Shown: positions 30,887 to 39,920 of the stretch, piece after piece | How the letters are laid out: each line of letters opens with the position of its first letter | How positions within the stretch are numbered: position 1 is the stretch's first letter | IMG/VR virus record: IMGVR_UViG_3300034071_003115 | Coordinates: 15,110 to 79,109 of that record | Origin: a virus | Length of the DNA: 64,000 nt | Strand: one strand, 5' to 3' | Notes under the pieces: model-generated | Told to the model about the DNA's origin: nothing | Database searches by the model: none | The model's input: only the letters and a program-made list of their open reading frames with translations | Program-made: the position numbers and the translations under genes

Positions 30887-31121
30887 GGACTTCCCCCTCA
30901 CCGCGGACGCGCGGTGAGGGGGATGGTTCTGTCGCGGCCCCCCGTGCTGCTGTTAGATGTGTAACCCACAAGAGATATATAAGTAACAATATATAAGTAA
31001 TAAGTTCGATAGACACGCCTCCGGCGCGTACTAGCTGAGAAGAAATACCGCGCCGTATCAATAGGGGATGATGTGCCTAGCCCCGATAGCAAGGGCGCTG
31101 CAGCAATAGGGGGATACGCAA

Positions 31122-31352
31122 ATGGGCAAGCGGATCAACCGCAAGCAAGCGATAGACCGCATCAAGGAGCGTCTACCGTTTGTTTCGCACACGGGAAATT
31201 TCCGCGGCGAATTGATCGGTACGCAATACATGGTGTATTCGTACCGCGTATGCATCGCGGATTTTACCAATGGCGCGTGGAGCATTGACCCCACGCGATG
31301 GAGCGCGACAACATCGCGCCATCAAGGCATCGTGCGCCGCGCGATCGCCTAA
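31122..31352 (+). CDS. Hypothetical protein (array A)
   Basis: AGGGGG RBS, SATTSRHQ motif. Confidence 0.65.
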   Translation: MGKRINRKQAIDRIKERLPFVSHTGNFRGELIGTQYMVYSYRVCIADFTNGAWSIDPTRWSATTSRHQGIVRRAIA

Positions 31353-31625
31353 CGGATCGGCCCGCGTATAAAGGCGGGCGAGGCAAGGGAGCAGGGGGAC
31401 GAGAGAGCCCCCTGCTCGCTCCTTTATTTTTTTCTCTTTTTTTATCCAGAGCCAAGGTGGCGGTCACACTCTCTTGTGGAATATAAGTAACTAAATATAA
31501 GTAATAAGTTCCACGGCCTCGCCTCCGGCGAGTACGACACCAGAAAAAGAATCTCTCCGTATGACTCGGCGATGATGGTGTCAGCGGCGCTGCTGTGGCG
31601 TCGCATCAGTACGGGAGGGAACGGT

Positions 31626-31967
31626 ATGGAATCGCTATTGGCACTGATCGCCACGCTAGGCGGCGTGACGGTACGCGCGCGCGGAATGCGCGCAGTGAAT
31701 CCTGCACGCGGGTACGCAGTAGGGTCGACTGATCGCACTGCGATCCTGCTGCCGCTCGACACCACGGAACGCGCACTACGCACTGCACTATTGGAATGCG
31801 CAGTGCAGTACGGTACGCGTCACGCAGGCGCGTGGGTCGAGGATGGGATGATTCACGTTGACCCCACCACGATCATCAGCAGCAGGCGCGCTGCGCTAGG
31901 CACTGCGAAGGCGAATCGTCAGCGTGCGATCTACGGATTCAAGGAACGCGAAACGATCTACGTCTAG
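31626..31967 (+). CDS. Hypothetical protein (array A)
   Basis: GGAGG RBS; GAW..DG..HVD...N.Q.AIY pattern. Confidence 0.65.
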   Translation: MESLLALIATLGGVTVRARGMRAVNPARGYAVGSTDRTAILLPLDTTERALRTALLECAVQYGTRHAGAWVEDGMIHVDPTTIISSRRAALGTAKANRQRAIYGFKERETIYV

Positions 31968-32224
31968 CAGGCATCCCCCCAGCCGCAAGGTCCCGCGGCT
32001 GGGGGGATTGCTCTATCGCGGCCCCCTCCATCCTGCTGTTAGATGTGTAATCTCCATGTGCAATATAAGTAACATAATTCATATCACGTTCGATGGGCCC
32101 GCCTCCGGCGGACACAGGTCGAGAAAAAGAATCTCGATGTACATCCGTGCGATGCTGGTGGTACCGCCGACGGGTGGGGCGAGCAATGCGAGCTCGCAAT
32201 TGGTTAGTGAACAGGAGGTTCAAC

Positions 32225-32497
32225 ATGCCAAAGGAGTTGAGGTCATTCATGATCCTCGTCTCAAAGGTCGTTGAGGGCGAGATCGCCGTCATCGCAGAGA
32301 CCGAGGAGAAGGCACGCGAGATCGCAATGGATCTTGCGTCGAATCACCCAGACACTTACCTCGACAACGATACGGATGTCGTTGTCGACTCAGTCCGCAG
32401 CGCCAGCGATCACGATCTCGAGTATCTGATCTTCAACGGCGCCAACGGATCTGAGTGGGACGCAAAGAGGCTGATCAAGATGTCCTTCGAGAAGTAG
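32225..32497 (+). CDS. Small acidic protein, DpnD/PcfM-like pattern (array A)
   Basis: AGGAGG RBS; V.AETEEKAREIA motif. Confidence 0.6.
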   Translation: MPKELRSFMILVSKVVEGEIAVIAETEEKAREIAMDLASNHPDTYLDNDTDVVVDSVRSASDHDLEYLIFNGANGSEWDAKRLIKMSFEK

Positions 32498-32774
32498 TAC
32501 CGAGAACCCCAGTCGGCAGCGGACGCGCTGCTGGCTGGGGTTTCTTTTTGCCCTGCACAAAGCTCTACCTCGGCCCCCTGGGGCCTGTAGTTCTATATCT
32601 AACACACAATATGAATATAAATAAGAGCAATAAGTTCCATGGCCACGCCTCCGGCGTGTACGACCTCGGCCTAAAAATCTCAATCAACAGAAACGCGATG
32701 ATGGGGTCAGCGGACGCGGTGCGGCATGAGCCGTTGCGACACCGAAGTGCGCGGTAGCAAAAAGGAGGACAGAG

Positions 32775-33176
32775 ATGTCCGAGAAGGAACGCTCGCAACA
32801 GCGCGCAAACCTCTTCGCTGAAGTCGTCAGTGAAGTCGTGAATCCAGTCGTGGCTCAAGAGGAGCGCACGCACGAATGGGAGTTCATCGCCAGAGACGCT
32901 GACGATGACTACGATGATGTTGCGTGGTCGTTGCACAATGGTTCACGAGAAATCATTGAGCAGTACGCAGCAACAAAGAGCACTGGCGCGGATGCGATGT
33001 ACGTCCTTGAGAAGCCTCACAAGTTTCTTGATGGCGTTGCGGAGTTCATTGAGAACATGGACGTCGCAACTTCAGAGAAGGAGTACATGACTCGCAAGTT
33101 TGGTTATTGGCATTGTATGGAGTGCGACGCTGAAGCGTACTCTATTGAGAGCGGCGACGAGGAACCCTGCGAGTAG
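32775..33176 (+). CDS. Acidic protein with C-terminal W.CxxCDA motif (array A)
   Basis: AAGGAGG RBS; resembles 33825-34184. Confidence 0.7.
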   Translation: MSEKERSQQRANLFAEVVSEVVNPVVAQEERTHEWEFIARDADDDYDDVAWSLHNGSREIIEQYAATKSTGADAMYVLEKPHKFLDGVAEFIENMDVATSEKEYMTRKFGYWHCMECDAEAYSIESGDEEPCE

Positions 33177-33254
33177 GAATCTCGTCGCAGTTCAATCAAA
33201 CGAGGTGCGAGCGAATGCGACGCTCGCACCTCACCATCAGTGAAGGAGAGAATC

Positions 33255-33563
33255 ATGTTCAAGTCAGACGGAAAGAAGATCAAACTCAACGCGTTCGGAA
33301 CGGATTACACGGCGGAGATTCTTGTTGATCAGTATCACAACGGCAACACTGCCGTTGTGTTGTACACAGAGCACGAGCCACTGTGCTCTCTCTCTGTGAA
33401 CACTGAGAAGATTCTTCCAACGGGTCACTTCTACTTGAAGGAGTGGTCAGAGAATCTTGAGATCGCTCACAATCAGAGCGTTCAGGAGATCATCAAGGAG
33501 TGTGGTCAGCATGAGGACTACGCTTCTGGATACGTCGTGGCACGCTGCTTCACGATCTCCTAA
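33255..33563 (+). CDS. DUF4313-like protein (array A)
   Basis: Y.NGN.A..L....EP...LSVN...KEWSEN pattern; AAGGAG RBS. Confidence 0.55.
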   Translation: MFKSDGKKIKLNAFGTDYTAEILVDQYHNGNTAVVLYTEHEPLCSLSVNTEKILPTGHFYLKEWSENLEIAHNQSVQEIIKECGQHEDYASGYVVARCFTIS

Positions 33564-33824
33564 AGTCTAGCCCCCCTTCCACCCAGCGCGGTGGGAGGGG
33601 GGTTAGTTATACCGCGGCACCCTGTGCTGCTGTTAGATCTCTAACCCCCTCACAATGTAAATAAATAAATAAGAGGAATAAGTTCCACGGGCGCGCCTCC
33701 GGCGCGTACGGCCCGAGAAAAAAAATCTCACGGAGTAGAAGCCTGATGATGGGTGCAGCGGCGGCACTACGGCGAAGGAGCCGATGTGATGGTGAAGCGT
33801 CGCAGGTAGCATTGGAGGTTCACG

Positions 33825-34184
33825 ATGAGTGCAATGAAGCGCATTGCAATCGCATTGGAGCGTGGTGCTCAACTCACCACGCACGATTGGAAGTTTGTTG
33901 AGAATCGCAGCAACTCGCTGCAAGCGCGTGTCGCATACGCGCAACTTCTCAACGAGTATGTTGTCGAGTTTGCGCGAACGCTCGACACCGCCGACCACGC
34001 GGTCGACGCAATCGAATCGCCGCACGATTACGCGGGAGAGATTGCCGCGTGGTTGTCGGAGAATCGCGACGAGCACGACGAGGAGATTGCTGCTCTCGGT
34101 CGATGGGAGTGCGCGGATTGCGACGCGGTTGCAACGCGTATGGACATCTACATCGACGAAGCAGAAACCTGCATCGTTGAGTGA
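33825..34184 (+). CDS. Acidic protein with W.CxxCDA motif (array A)
   Basis: TGGAGG RBS; resembles 32775-33176. Confidence 0.7.
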   Translation: MSAMKRIAIALERGAQLTTHDWKFVENRSNSLQARVAYAQLLNEYVVEFARTLDTADHAVDAIESPHDYAGEIAAWLSENRDEHDEEIAALGRWECADCDAVATRMDIYIDEAETCIVE

Positions 34185-34244
34185 AGCAAAGGAGTGTGGA
34201 AGCGCGCGGCGCTTCCACACTCCACAAGTTTGGAGGACAGCACA

Positions 34245-34565
34245 ATGAGCAAGAAAGCAAAGCAAACAAAGCGCACAGCAACGGAGTCGATCGGCGTGAT
34301 CAACAAGTTGCTTGCACGCAGCATTGAGCAGCGCGCGCTTGCTGCCGATGTTGTCGAGTTTGAGCGCGCAACACTCGTGGAACTTGCGATCGAGTCGAAG
34401 CCAAACAAGAAGTTGGTTGCGAAGTCGGAAGCGGCACTCGCAACGGCAACGGCAACGCTCGCATACTTCGAGGAGAACACGCGCACGCTGCAAGCGAAAC
34501 TTGCAAGCGCGATGAAGTCGGTTGCGAAAGCAACAGCGAAGCAGCGCGACGCTGCTAACGCGTAA
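34245..34565 (+). CDS. Ala/Lys-rich coiled-coil protein (array A)
   Basis: GGAGG RBS, MSKKAK start. Confidence 0.65.
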   Translation: MSKKAKQTKRTATESIGVINKLLARSIEQRALAADVVEFERATLVELAIESKPNKKLVAKSEAALATATATLAYFEENTRTLQAKLASAMKSVAKATAKQRDAANA

Positions 34566-34623
34566 TCACAGCGGGGTGCGGGCGCGCGGCGCTCGCACCT
34601 CGCAACAGCATTGGAGGTTCACG

Positions 34624-34845
34624 ATGTTTGACGATGACGGAAATCTTTCTTGTGAGTGGTGCCACGCAACAGAATCGGAAACAGAGATCAAAAAGGAGTG
34701 GGACGATCACGAGGGAAACAGCGTCACGATTTATGGAAGCAATCGAAACGCGCTTGCTCTTTGTCGTCAATGCTTCTACGAGTCGCAACTCGACGAAGCA
34801 ATCAGCGATCTCAAAGAGGTTTATCGCAAACTCGCGGAAGGTTGA
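34624..34845 (+). CDS. Small Zn-finger protein (array A)
   Basis: GGAGG RBS; two CxxC. Confidence 0.65.
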   Translation: MFDDDGNLSCEWCHATESETEIKKEWDDHEGNSVTIYGSNRNALALCRQCFYESQLDEAISDLKEVYRKLAEG

Positions 34846-34909
34846 TCAAACAAATGCGGGGTGCGGGCGCGCGGCGCTCGCACCTCGCGCAAGCATTTGG
34901 AGGTTCACG

Positions 34910-35290
34910 ATGTTTGAGTGTGAAGCACACGGACAATGCGCGATGACGGACAAAGGAGAGTGCCAAGAGTGCTGCATCGACGAGCAGCGATGTGAGGAGT
35001 GCGGAATCGAGGAAGGCACTCCGCACGCAGCGAAAGTTTCTTTCCGCGACACGATCGAGCAAATGCTTTGCGACGATTGCGTCGAGTGTGAGGATTGCGG
35101 AACAAGCGCTTTGTCGAGCGTTGAGCCGAACAGCGACTTCGACGCGATTCTTTGCGAGGAGTGCGTCGAGGAGCGCGAAGCAGAGTGGCAGCGCGACGAG
35201 GAGGAGCGCAAGGAGCGCAACCTCGATTACGCGTCGAAGCGCGAGGACGAAACCGATCCGTTGACGCAGCACGAGGACGGCTGGCGCTAA
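34910..35290 (+). CDS. Very acidic multi-CxxC protein (array A)
   Basis: GGAGG RBS; five CxxC pairs; Glu/Asp-rich. Confidence 0.65.
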   Translation: MFECEAHGQCAMTDKGECQECCIDEQRCEECGIEEGTPHAAKVSFRDTIEQMLCDDCVECEDCGTSALSSVEPNSDFDAILCEECVEEREAEWQRDEEERKERNLDYASKREDETDPLTQHEDGWR

Positions 35291-35511
35291 CGGAGTCCTC
35301 CCCCCGTTCACCGCAAGCGCGGTGGGCGGGGGGAGGCTCTAACGCAGCCCCCTGGGTGCTGCTGTTAGATGTCTAACACACAAGCGATAAGTAAATAACA
35401 TAAATAATATAAACGGGGAATAATATAAGTTCCAACATTACGGGCCGCGGCCCGTAATGCCCCCACAAATGTTATGCCCCCGCAAGTCCCAGACCTGCGG
35501 GGGCTAGTTAG

Positions 35512-35721
35512 TTAGCGGCGGTCCCAGAGGTACTGCGAGCCGTCCCAATCATCCTCGTACATCATCGCGTCCTTGTCGCCAAGCAGCGCAGCAGCCTCGG
35601 CGCGAAGTTCATCGCGGAACTCCTTACCGCAATAGTCGTGGTACCAGACTCCGCTGAACTCGTCCGTCCACTTGCCATCCTCGCTCGTGATTGTTTCGCT
35701 GCACCAATCGCACCTGAACAT
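35512..35721 (-). CDS. Small acidic Zn-binding protein (array B)
   Basis: AAGGAGG RBS; CxxC..HxxC. Confidence 0.7.
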   Translation of the reverse strand: MFRCDWCSETITSEDGKWTDEFSGVWYHDYCGKEFRDELRAEAAALLGDKDAMMYEDDWDGSQYLWDRR

Positions 35722-35900
35722 TTCTGCCTCCTTATTGCTACCACCCCAAGCGGGGTACCCCCATCATAGAGTCGCCATTTCCAATCCGTCAAGCCCCTAG
35801 TTTCGGGAGAGTCTCGTGCGCCGCGGCGCACGAGAGCCGAACAAAAGAAAACGCCAGCGGGGGTAGCATCCCGCTGGCGTGTTGCTAACGATTGTGCGCG

Positions 35901-36185
35901 CTATCCGCGATAGTAGTCCATCTTGTCAATGAACTCATCATCAACATTGACCGAGTTGTATGAAACCGAGAATCCCTTCTTCTCCATCGCCGCGATGAAG
36001 AGAGGCGCATCGCAATCTTCTTCTAGGTAGACGCTACCATTGCGCTCATACGAGCAGTTGCTCACCTTGTCCGCGATACCAAGCGTGCGAAGCATTGCCT
36101 TCTCCGCTACGAGGTATCCGTGCCCTGGCGTGGATACGAACCGCGTCACATAGGTTGCTTGGATACCGAAGTCCCCTCCAAACAT
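35901..36185 (-). CDS. Hypothetical protein with TPGHG...YLEEDCD motif (array B)
   Basis: AAGGAGG RBS before MFGGDF. Confidence 0.7.
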   Translation of the reverse strand: MFGGDFGIQATYVTRFVSTPGHGYLVAEKAMLRTLGIADKVSNCSYERNGSVYLEEDCDAPLFIAAMEKKGFSVSYNSVNVDDEFIDKMDYYRG

Positions 36186-36319
36186 TATTGCCTCCTTATT
36201 GCTACCCTCACGGCAACTGCCGCAAGGCAATACTACGCGAACTCCCGCTTGCTTGTCAAGCGTTCTATTCCACCCTGCCGCGGCAGGGTGGAGCCGACCC
36301 TAATACCTGCCGCTTTCGT

Positions 36320-36649
36320 TTACGCTTCCGCGTTCGCCGTCTGCTCCTGCTCGTTGCGAATCGCTTCGTCCGTGTGATGGCTCGCGATTTCCGTCCAGTT
36401 CACCGACGAGAGGCAACCGCCCACGAAGTCCGCAACTAGTCCCGCGGGCTGCTCGCCGATGAACTCCTCAACCTGCTCGCGAATCCATCGCCCCATCTCA
36501 TAGGCGGAGAAGTTTGGGTCGCTGTCGTTCGTTTCTGCAAAGTAGCGCGCCTGCTCACCAACCTCAAAGAGGTCAAGCAGCCCCTCCTCAATCCAAAGAT
36601 TGGTGACCCAAGTTTCCCAGTTCGTCCAGCCATTGTAGCCTTCGCTCAT
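36320..36649 (-). CDS. Acidic phage protein with YNGWTNWETW motif (array B)
   Basis: AAGGAGG RBS before MSEGYNG. Confidence 0.75.
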   Translation of the reverse strand: MSEGYNGWTNWETWVTNLWIEEGLLDLFEVGEQARYFAETNDSDPNFSAYEMGRWIREQVEEFIGEQPAGLVADFVGGCLSSVNWTEIASHHTDEAIRNEQEQTANAEA

Positions 36650-36816
36650 TTTTGCCTCCTTGCTACCTAGCGGGAAGTCCCCGCCACTGAATACTAAGCG
36701 AACTCCTAGCCGCTCGTCAAGTGTTCTATTCCAACCTGCCGCGGCAGGTTGGAGCTCCACAAAGAAACAACGGCGGGGATTTCTCCCCGCCGTTGTCGTT
36801 CCCGATTTTGTGCGCG

Positions 36817-37224
36817 CTACTTGATTGGGTAGTTGCCCAGTTCTAGCAGCGTCTTGATTTCCGCAGCCTGTTCATCGGTGAGGGCGAGAGTCTTGCCGTC
36901 CTCGTCCTCTGCGGTGAGTACGCAGTTGCCATAGATGTTGTCCGCGTACCCTCCCAGGATTTCGTTGCGGAGTGATGTCGCCGCATGATTGCGGAGGACT
37001 GGCTCGTTGTAGAGACCTTCCTCGTCGCACCAGAGCACGACGCTAGTTGCGCCATACTTGCCAGAAACCGCAACCTCCGTCATGTCCCACTCGCCTACTC
37101 GGTAGAGTTCGGTGAGCGTGTTGCCGTCATCGTTGAAGTCCACGACCTCAACCCAGTTGAACAGCGCGGGCGTTGAAGCACCAACTTCAAGCGCACCGAC
37201 TCCGAACTTGATTGCCTTACCCAT
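36817..37224 (-). CDS. DUF3846-like protein (array B)
   Basis: WCDEEG...N..AT...IYGNCVL pattern. Confidence 0.65.
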   Translation of the reverse strand: MGKAIKFGVGALEVGASTPALFNWVEVVDFNDDGNTLTELYRVGEWDMTEVAVSGKYGATSVVLWCDEEGLYNEPVLRNHAATSLRNEILGGYADNIYGNCVLTAEDEDGKTLALTDEQAAEIKTLLELGNYPIK

Positions 37225-37336
37225 TTTCCGCCTCCTTGCTACTCATCGGGAAGCCCCGACACCAGAATCTTACGCGATAAGTTCCAGACCTGTCAAGGGT
37301 TCAAATCCAAGTCGCCGCGGCGACTTGGAGCCGAAC

Positions 37337-37578
37337 AAAATGATGAGGGTCTGACTGGCACCACACCAACCAGACCCTCATCGGCATTTCGCTGCCTTTG
37401 ACGCTTATCCTCTTGCGAGGAGAGGCTTCACCTCTCGGCTACCTCTTGCGAACGGCATAGGTGTCGGTTAGGCACCCCCACCGCTCGTCCTTATCGTCTC
37501 GGGTAGTTCGTCTACAACTACCAACCAGCCGCAGCCCCATAAGCCCGCCACCTTCACAGCGGCACCAGAGCGGCTCGT
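37337..37578 (-). ncRNA. Putative structured ncRNA 1 (~240 nt)
   Basis: Own TTGACG-N17-TAGAAT promoter and terminator, no SD-led ORF, several hairpins including one with a GCAA tetraloop. Confidence 0.6.
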
Positions 37579-37698
37579 GAGGTGATTCTAAACGAACATC
37601 TTCCAGCCGTCAAGAGTTCTAATCACACGGGCCGCGGCCCGTGTGAGGTGAACAAAAAAGGCGAGGTTTCCCTCGCCTTTCTTGACCAGACCCCCCGA

Positions 37699-37980
37699 TT
37701 ACTTGACTTCGTAGACCTCGCCGCCAAAGCGAACCGCCGTGATTGCGTCAAGCGCAACCGAACGATACGCCTTCTTGGTGATGTCGTAGACGAAGATGAG
37801 GTCTTTCGCCGCCGCGTCATACGCAGCCTCACCGCCTTTGAGATGCTTCTTGACTCCGAGTCGCGCCGTCATCTTGCGAACCTCGCCCGTCGTGCGCTTC
37901 ACGAAGTCCACGCCGAAGATTGCGCCGTTGCTGTTGCGAATCATTTCGGCTGCCTCTGCCAACTTGATTGCCTTGCTCAT
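37699..37980 (-). CDS. SH3-fold / WYL-like (DUF2693-like) protein (array B)
   Basis: V.FVKRTTGEVRKM...VYD....YRSV.LD.I. Confidence 0.65.
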   Translation of the reverse strand: MSKAIKLAEAAEMIRNSNGAIFGVDFVKRTTGEVRKMTARLGVKKHLKGGEAAYDAAAKDLIFVYDITKKAYRSVALDAITAVRFGGEVYEVK

Positions 37981-38128
37981 TTCTGCCTCCTTGCTACTCT
38001 GCCCCAATCGGGGTACTCCGATTCTAAGCGAACACCTAGCCAGCCGTCAAGGGTTCTATTCCAAGTGGCCGCCGCCACTTGGAGCCGAACAAAAATGCCG
38101 CCCGAAGGCGGCATCTTTGCTTTCTGGA

Positions 38129-38467
38129 CTACTCGGCTTGGTGGAGCGCGATGATCTGAGCCATCTCGCGCTCGGCTGCCCACTCCTCTGAGAAGGCAAC
38201 GAAGTCAATGAATCCATCGTTGCGCCAATGGACGACGATGTTGCCGAACCTGTCGTAAGTCCCATCAAGTTCAGTTGAGATCATCTCATCTGGCTGAGCG
38301 AAACCTTCCAACATATCGCCGTAGATTTCAGCGAACTTTAGATCGTATCCGTCAAGACGAGGAGCGACCTTTGGATCAACGAACCAATCGCCCCTGCAAC
38401 TGCCCTGTGAGCATTGAAACTTTGTGAAGTCGCCCTTTGTGAGTGAGACTGCCAGAGCCTTGAACAT
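38129..38467 (-). CDS. Hypothetical protein (array B)
   Basis: GAGGAGG RBS before MFKALA. Confidence 0.7.
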   Translation of the reverse strand: MFKALAVSLTKGDFTKFQCSQGSCRGDWFVDPKVAPRLDGYDLKFAEIYGDMLEGFAQPDEMISTELDGTYDRFGNIVVHWRNDGFIDFVAFSEEWAAEREMAQIIALHQAE

Positions 38468-38577
38468 TTGAGCCTCCTCTGCTACCGCCCCAAGTGGGGT
38501 GAACCCATTGTAATCAAACTTCTCGCAAGGTGTCAAGAGGTTCTAGTGGAACAGGCCGCCGCCTGTTCCACCTGAAC

Positions 38578-38805
38578 AAAATACAAGACCCTCGGAGCCG
38601 TCGCCCCGAGGGTCTTGCTTCGGATTTGTTGTCTAGGGACTAATCACTTTCCCTAGACTCCTTTTCCTTCCGCTCCGCCGATCCATTGGCACCTAGCGGT
38701 CATCGTCCTTTGCGTCTCTATACCCGCATTTTTTGGCTGCGGCATCTGCTCGCTCGTCCAGAGTCTCACCTAGTCGGTGTCGCTTCATCTAGAATCGCTT
38801 CCGAC
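38578..38805 (-). ncRNA. Putative structured ncRNA 2 (~230 nt)
   Basis: Own TTGACA-N18-GAGAAT promoter and terminator; only a 31-codon ORF without clear SD; shares a motif with ncRNA 1. Confidence 0.5.
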
Positions 38806-38898
38806 AAGTGGATTCTCCCACACCCGAAACAGACCTGTCAAGCCCCTATTTCAGTTCCATTCCAATCACCCGCCGGTGATTGGAGCCGAACTATTTAT

Positions 38899-39240
38899 TT
38901 AGTTTGCTGGTGCTTCTGAGGAAGCGATTGCGTCGCTCAACGAGTAGAAGACAGGGTGTTCGTATCCGTTGCCTAGTTCTGATTTGTGAATCAACTCAAA
39001 CCACGAGTTATTTATCCACTCAAATCGCTCAATGTCTTTCTCCGCCTCTGCGAGTTTCTCGTCGGAGTCTATGCCGACATCTTCCAAGTCCCTCGTCGTG
39101 CGAAGATGGACAAACTGCCCATCATCTCGCTTGTACCTAATGTTCATCTCGCCACACCTGAACACCAGATAGTCGCCGAGGTCTTTGATCGCCTCGTCGT
39201 CTTCGTGATAGGTGTAGAAGGCTGCGTCTTCCCTGCTCAT
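38899..39240 (-). CDS. Acidic hypothetical protein (array B)
   Basis: Start overlaps upstream stop. Confidence 0.65.
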   Translation of the reverse strand: MSREDAAFYTYHEDDEAIKDLGDYLVFRCGEMNIRYKRDDGQFVHLRTTRDLEDVGIDSDEKLAEAEKDIERFEWINNSWFELIHKSELGNGYEHPVFYSLSDAIASSEAPAN

Positions 39241-39461
39241 ACACAACCCAGAACGGAGAATCCGTCTGCCGCGATTCCTTCCAGAATCGGTTCGGCATAG
39301 CGTGGCTCAACGACAAGAGCCTGACCCCAATAGGTCGCCTCCGAGTCCACCCTATCGCGCAGCCACGAGCGAGCCTCTGCTGTGAGTGGGGTGATGAGGG
39401 TAATCGTTCCCTCGCTTACGAACGAGAAGTCCGCGAAGTCGGACTTATCTCCCTTTCCCAT
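39237..39461 (-). CDS. Hypothetical protein (array B)
   Basis: GAGGAGG RBS. Confidence 0.7.
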   Translation of the reverse strand: MGKGDKSDFADFSFVSEGTITLITPLTAEARSWLRDRVDSEATYWGQALVVEPRYAEPILEGIAADGFSVLGCV

Positions 39462-39653
39462 TTCTTGCCTCCTCTTTCTGCGGCACTACTTCGCCGCAAG
39501 ACAAGGGTACAACAGCGACCACTAGGTCGTCAAGAGGTTCTAGTCAAACGGGCCGCGGCCCGTTTGAGGCGAACAAAAAAGAGGGATCAAGTTGGCTGCG
39601 ATCAACTTGATCCCTCTGTTGGGGCGTAGGGGAGGCTCTATCCTACGCCGTAG

Positions 39654-39920
39654 TCATAGTGCCGCGGCTTGTGGCTTGCGGCAGTCGTATCCTAGCAGGC
39701 AACTGAACGGCTCGTGATCAACGGGATCAATCGCCCACTCAAGGCAAGTCCCACAAGATTCACCGCACCAGTTTACTTCGTCCCAGTCAAAGACAGGGTG
39801 AAGATTATTGCCCTCGTTATCCTTCGTGTCTTCGCTGTCAAGCGTATCGCCGAAGCGTGCCTTCGCGCAGGCTAGGCAATGAACGGAAGCGTCAAACTGC
39901 CAAGCGATCGGTGTTGACAT
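39654..39920 (-). CDS. Cys-rich acidic protein (array B)
   Basis: AAGGAGG RBS; two CxxC. Confidence 0.7.
   Translation of the reverse strand: MSTPIAWQFDASVHCLACAKARFGDTLDSEDTKDNEGNNLHPVFDWDEVNWCGESCGTCLEWAIDPVDHEPFSCLLGYDCRKPQAAAL

Larger units (their letters stand above)
28894..33750 (+). repeat. Class A hairpin-promoter repeat, 8 copies (loop centres 28902, 29561, 30455, 31021, 31525, 32105, 32651, 33699)
   Basis: Typical copy: GCTGCTGTT-N8-AAC, AT-rich tract, AATAAGTTC, stem-C-TCC-G-stem, A-tract, then GATGAT (GATGCT once) exactly 46 bp after the loop centre. The first copy has only hairpin+GATGAT. Confidence 0.9.
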
